Origin: an uncultured Micrococcales bacterium
GTDB taxonomy: Bacteria > Actinomycetota > Actinomycetes > Actinomycetales > Microbacteriaceae
NCBI GenBank assembly: GCA_903834635.1
Contig: CAILJO010000082.1
Coordinates: forward strand, 8,593-72,592
Reading direction: 5' to 3'
Length of the DNA stretch: 64,000 nucleotides
Of the stretch, positions 61,512-64,000 are shown piece after piece. The stretch's first letter is position 1, and every line of letters starts with the position of its first letter. The notes under the pieces are model-generated. The model was not told the DNA's origin. It did no database searches and saw nothing but the letters and a program-made list of their open reading frames with translations. The position numbers and the translations under genes were made by a program.

Positions 61512-62732
61512 TTAGCCGACAAGCATGCGAACAACGCCATCGGCAAGCAAACGCCCCTTGAGTGTCAAAACTAGGCGCCCACGGATGGCTTCGCCGCCGT
61601 CAATGTTTCCGGCAGCAATCTGGTCAGCGATTGCCCTCTGCGCCTCAGGGTTTAGATCTTTGACAACCTGAGCGTCAAGTCCTTCGACGAGCCTAAGTTC
61701 GAGGAGTATTCTTTCGGTTAGGCCGGTGTCGTGATCAATAGTCTCGCGACCGGCGGCAGGTGAATGCCCCTGTGAGAGTCTGCCGGCATAAGCGGTTGGG
61801 TGCTTCACGTTCCACCAGCGAACTCCTCCGACATGGCTGTGTGCCCCTGGTCCAAAACCCCACCAGTCTTGCCCGCGCCAGTAAGCGATGTTGTGGGCCG
61901 AGCGAGTTTCAACCGAACGAGACCAGTTGCTGAGCTCGTACCAGTTGAGACCGACAGAATTGAAGGCCTGGTCGGCGTATTCGTATTTGTCGGCCTCAAG
62001 GTCTTCGTCTGGTTCAGCAAGTTGCCCCGACTTGATTTGCCGAGCAAGTTTTGTGCCTTCTTCAACAATCAGCGCGTAGGCAGAGATGTGATCAGTTTCT
62101 AGTGCAATAGCCGCATCGACGGTGCGCTTCCAATCGTCCATGGTCTCACCAGGAGCTCCATAGATTAGGTCTACAGAGACCTGAAGGCCGGCGTCTTTGG
62201 CAGCTTTTACTGCAAATGGAACATTTTCTGGCGCGTGGGATCGCTCAAGCGTAGCCAAAACACTCGGCACAGCAGATTGCATTCCAAGTGAGAGTCGATT
62301 GAACCCACCACGTTTTAGAGCTTCCAAATAAACGAAATCAACATTGTCTGGGTTGGCCTCAGTCGTTACCTCGGCAGTTGGAACGATGCCGAATTTTTGC
62401 ACTAGAGCCGAAAGTGAATCGACGAGATCTTTGGCCGGAAGTTGTGTTGGCGTGCCTCCCCCGAAGAACACTGTAGACATTGGCCTTTTAGAGCTAGCCA
62501 AAACGCGTTGTGACAGTTCAATCTCTGAGCTTAGGTTCTTGACGAAATCAGATGGCGCGAAGCCTTCTAACTCATTTGAGGTGTAGGTGTTGAAATCGCA
62601 ATATCCGCACCTAACTCGACAAAACGGAACGTGCACGTAGGTGTGGAAGGTTCGCGAATCGGTCTCGAGGGCTTTTGGCGGCAAAGAGCCGTCGAGTGGA
62701 GCCGGGTCACCAATTGGCTGAGGTCCAGCCAA
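61512..62732 (-). CDS. hemW: Radical SAM family heme chaperone HemW (oxygen-independent coproporphyrinogen oxidase-like)
   Basis: 406 aa with a TTG start. CRVRCGYCDFNT radical-SAM motif. Confidence 0.9.
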   Translation of the reverse strand: MAGPQPIGDPAPLDGSLPPKALETDSRTFHTYVHVPFCRVRCGYCDFNTYTSNELEGFAPSDFVKNLSSEIELSQRVLASSKRPMSTVFFGGGTPTQLPAKDLVDSLSALVQKFGIVPTAEVTTEANPDNVDFVYLEALKRGGFNRLSLGMQSAVPSVLATLERSHAPENVPFAVKAAKDAGLQVSVDLIYGAPGETMDDWKRTVDAAIALETDHISAYALIVEEGTKLARQIKSGQLAEPDEDLEADKYEYADQAFNSVGLNWYELSNWSRSVETRSAHNIAYWRGQDWWGFGPGAHSHVGGVRWWNVKHPTAYAGRLSQGHSPAAGRETIDHDTGLTERILLELRLVEGLDAQVVKDLNPEAQRAIADQIAAGNIDGGEAIRGRLVLTLKGRLLADGVVRMLVG

Positions 62733-64000
62733 TTACTTGCCCTTCTTCTCGCCCTTTTTGTCGCTGTCGGTTGACAGTGCAGCGATAAAGGCTTCTTGAG
62801 GAACCTCAACACGACCGATGGTTTTCATGCGCTTCTTGCCTTCCTTCTGCTTTTCGAGAAGTTTTCGCTTTCGGCTGATGTCACCGCCGTAACACTTGGC
62901 TAGAACATCTTTGCGCATGGCACGGATGCTCTCTCGGGCAATAATGCGCGCGCCGACGGCAGCCTGAATTGGCACTTCAAACTGTTGGCGAGGAATAAGT
63001 TCACGCAATTTCCCAGTCATCATCACGCCGTAGGCATAAGCCTTGTCTTTGTGGACGATTGCGCTAAACGCATCCACTTGGTCACCCTGAAGAAGAATGT
63101 CAACCTTCACGAGATCGCCCTCTTGCAGACCGGCTTCCTCGTAGTCAAGAGATGCATAACCCTGGGTGCGACTCTTGAGCTGATCGAAGAAGTCGAAAAC
63201 GATTTCAGCAAGTGGGAGGCTGTAACGCAGCTGAACACGATCCTCGCCGAGGTACTGCATGTCAATCATCGAACCGCGGCGACCTTGACAAAGCTCCATG
63301 ATGGTTCCCACGTAGTCTTTTGGGCTCAAAATGGTGGCGCGCACCATTGGCTCGAGAACCTTCTTGACCTTGCCAGTTGGAAACTCACTCGGGTTTGTAA
63401 CAGTGATCTCTGACTTGTCTTCCATGGTGACTTCATAGATCACCGATGGTGCCGTGGCGATTAGATCAAGGTTGAACTCGCGCTCTAAACGCTCGGTGAC
63501 GATTTCGAGATGCAAGAGTCCGAGGAAACCGCATCGGAATCCAAAGCCAAGAGCAACCGAGGTCTCTGGTTCATAAACTAGTGCGGCATCGGAAAGCTTC
63601 AACTTATCCAAGGCTTCTCGCAATACCGGGTAATCGCTTCCGTCGATCGGATAGATACCGGAGAAGACCATCGGCTTTGGCTCGCTGTAGCCTTTTAGGG
63701 CCTCAGTTGCTGGGCGCGCTTTGTTGGTGATTGTGTCACCAACCTTTGAAAGTCGAACGTCTTTGACGCCTGTGATGAGGTATCCAACCTCACCAACGCC
63801 CAGCCCCTTTGTTGGTTCTGGCTCAGGTGAAGACACACCGATTTCCAAAACTTCGTGCACGGTTTTGGTCGACATCATCTGAATGGTTTCTCGCGGTGCA
63901 AGGTGACCGTCGATCATTCGCACGTATGTAACTACGCCTCGATAGGAGTCATAGACCGAGTCAAAAATCATGGCTCGCGCCGGCGCGTCGGCATCGCCGA
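62733..64000 (-). CDS. lepA: Elongation factor 4 (LepA), C-terminal part; the gene continues beyond the window end
   Basis: The frame is open to the window edge. Domains II-V and the LepA C-terminal domain are recognisable (VGDTIT, ...[18 protein letters not shown]..., [16 protein letters not shown]). Confidence 0.95.
   Translation of the reverse strand, partial: GDADAPARAMIFDSVYDSYRGVVTYVRMIDGHLAPRETIQMMSTKTVHEVLEIGVSSPEPEPTKGLGVGEVGYLITGVKDVRLSKVGDTITNKARPATEALKGYSEPKPMVFSGIYPIDGSDYPVLREALDKLKLSDAALVYEPETSVALGFGFRCGFLGLLHLEIVTERLEREFNLDLIATAPSVIYEVTMEDKSEITVTNPSEFPTGKVKKVLEPMVRATILSPKDYVGTIMELCQGRRGSMIDMQYLGEDRVQLRYSLPLAEIVFDFFDQLKSRTQGYASLDYEEAGLQEGDLVKVDILLQGDQVDAFSAIVHKDKAYAYGVMMTGKLRELIPRQQFEVPIQAAVGARIIARESIRAMRKDVLAKCYGGDISRKRKLLEKQKEGKKRMKTIGRVEVPQEAFIAALSTDSDKKGEKKGK

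Overview
This window looks like ordinary, tightly packed actinobacterial core chromosome. Gene content and order match two conserved Actinobacteria blocks. The first is pepA-lpdA-sucB-lipB-lipA-DUF4191-glnA / glnE-glnA2 / nadE-ridA-panB / map-ppgK / rnpB-RNaseH-DUF164-Nif3 / ahpE / aceE-fasR-fabD-fabH-acpP-fabF. The second is dnaG-dgt-dus-glyS-uppS-recO-leuA-era-CBS-ybeY-phoH-HIT-rsmE-dnaJ-hrcA-hemW-lepA. A less conserved block at about 33.4-45.5 kb joins them: tdk, amidohydrolase, secreted pullulanase, GT4 glycosyltransferase, DMT-like membrane protein, def, azlCD, a two-component pair and a 2-hydroxyacid dehydrogenase. The moderate GC (by eye) and many 1-11 nt gene overlaps suggest a streamlined Micrococcales/Microbacteriaceae-like genome; this is inference only. 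I support about 60 protein genes, 3 tRNAs (Val-TAC, Met-CAT, Asn-GTT), RNase P RNA, a CIRCE operator and a few intrinsic terminators. I found no CRISPR array, transposase, integrase, prophage or recognisable defence or toxin system, and I cannot honestly point to a clearly novel multi-gene system. Five things deserve a second look. (1) A histidine-kinase/response-regulator pair has both phosphotransfer residues substituted (H-box His->Thr; receiver Asp->Glu and Lys->Gln). (2) Three otherwise intact genes carry single-site lesions: ppgK has an in-frame TAA, azlC has a 1-nt frameshift at a T-run, and the MFS gene start is one frame off across an A-run. These are recent pseudogenisation or homopolymer/assembly errors. 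(3) A Leu-codon mini-ORF plus a strong hairpin sits upstream of leuA and may be an attenuator. (4) A 683-aa membrane protein with a long acidic N-terminal extension is translationally coupled to the Nif3-DUF164-RNaseH/phosphatase-rnpB array. (5) Several small palindromes lie in divergent promoter regions. All product calls come from motif recognition by eye in the supplied translations; no database search was run.
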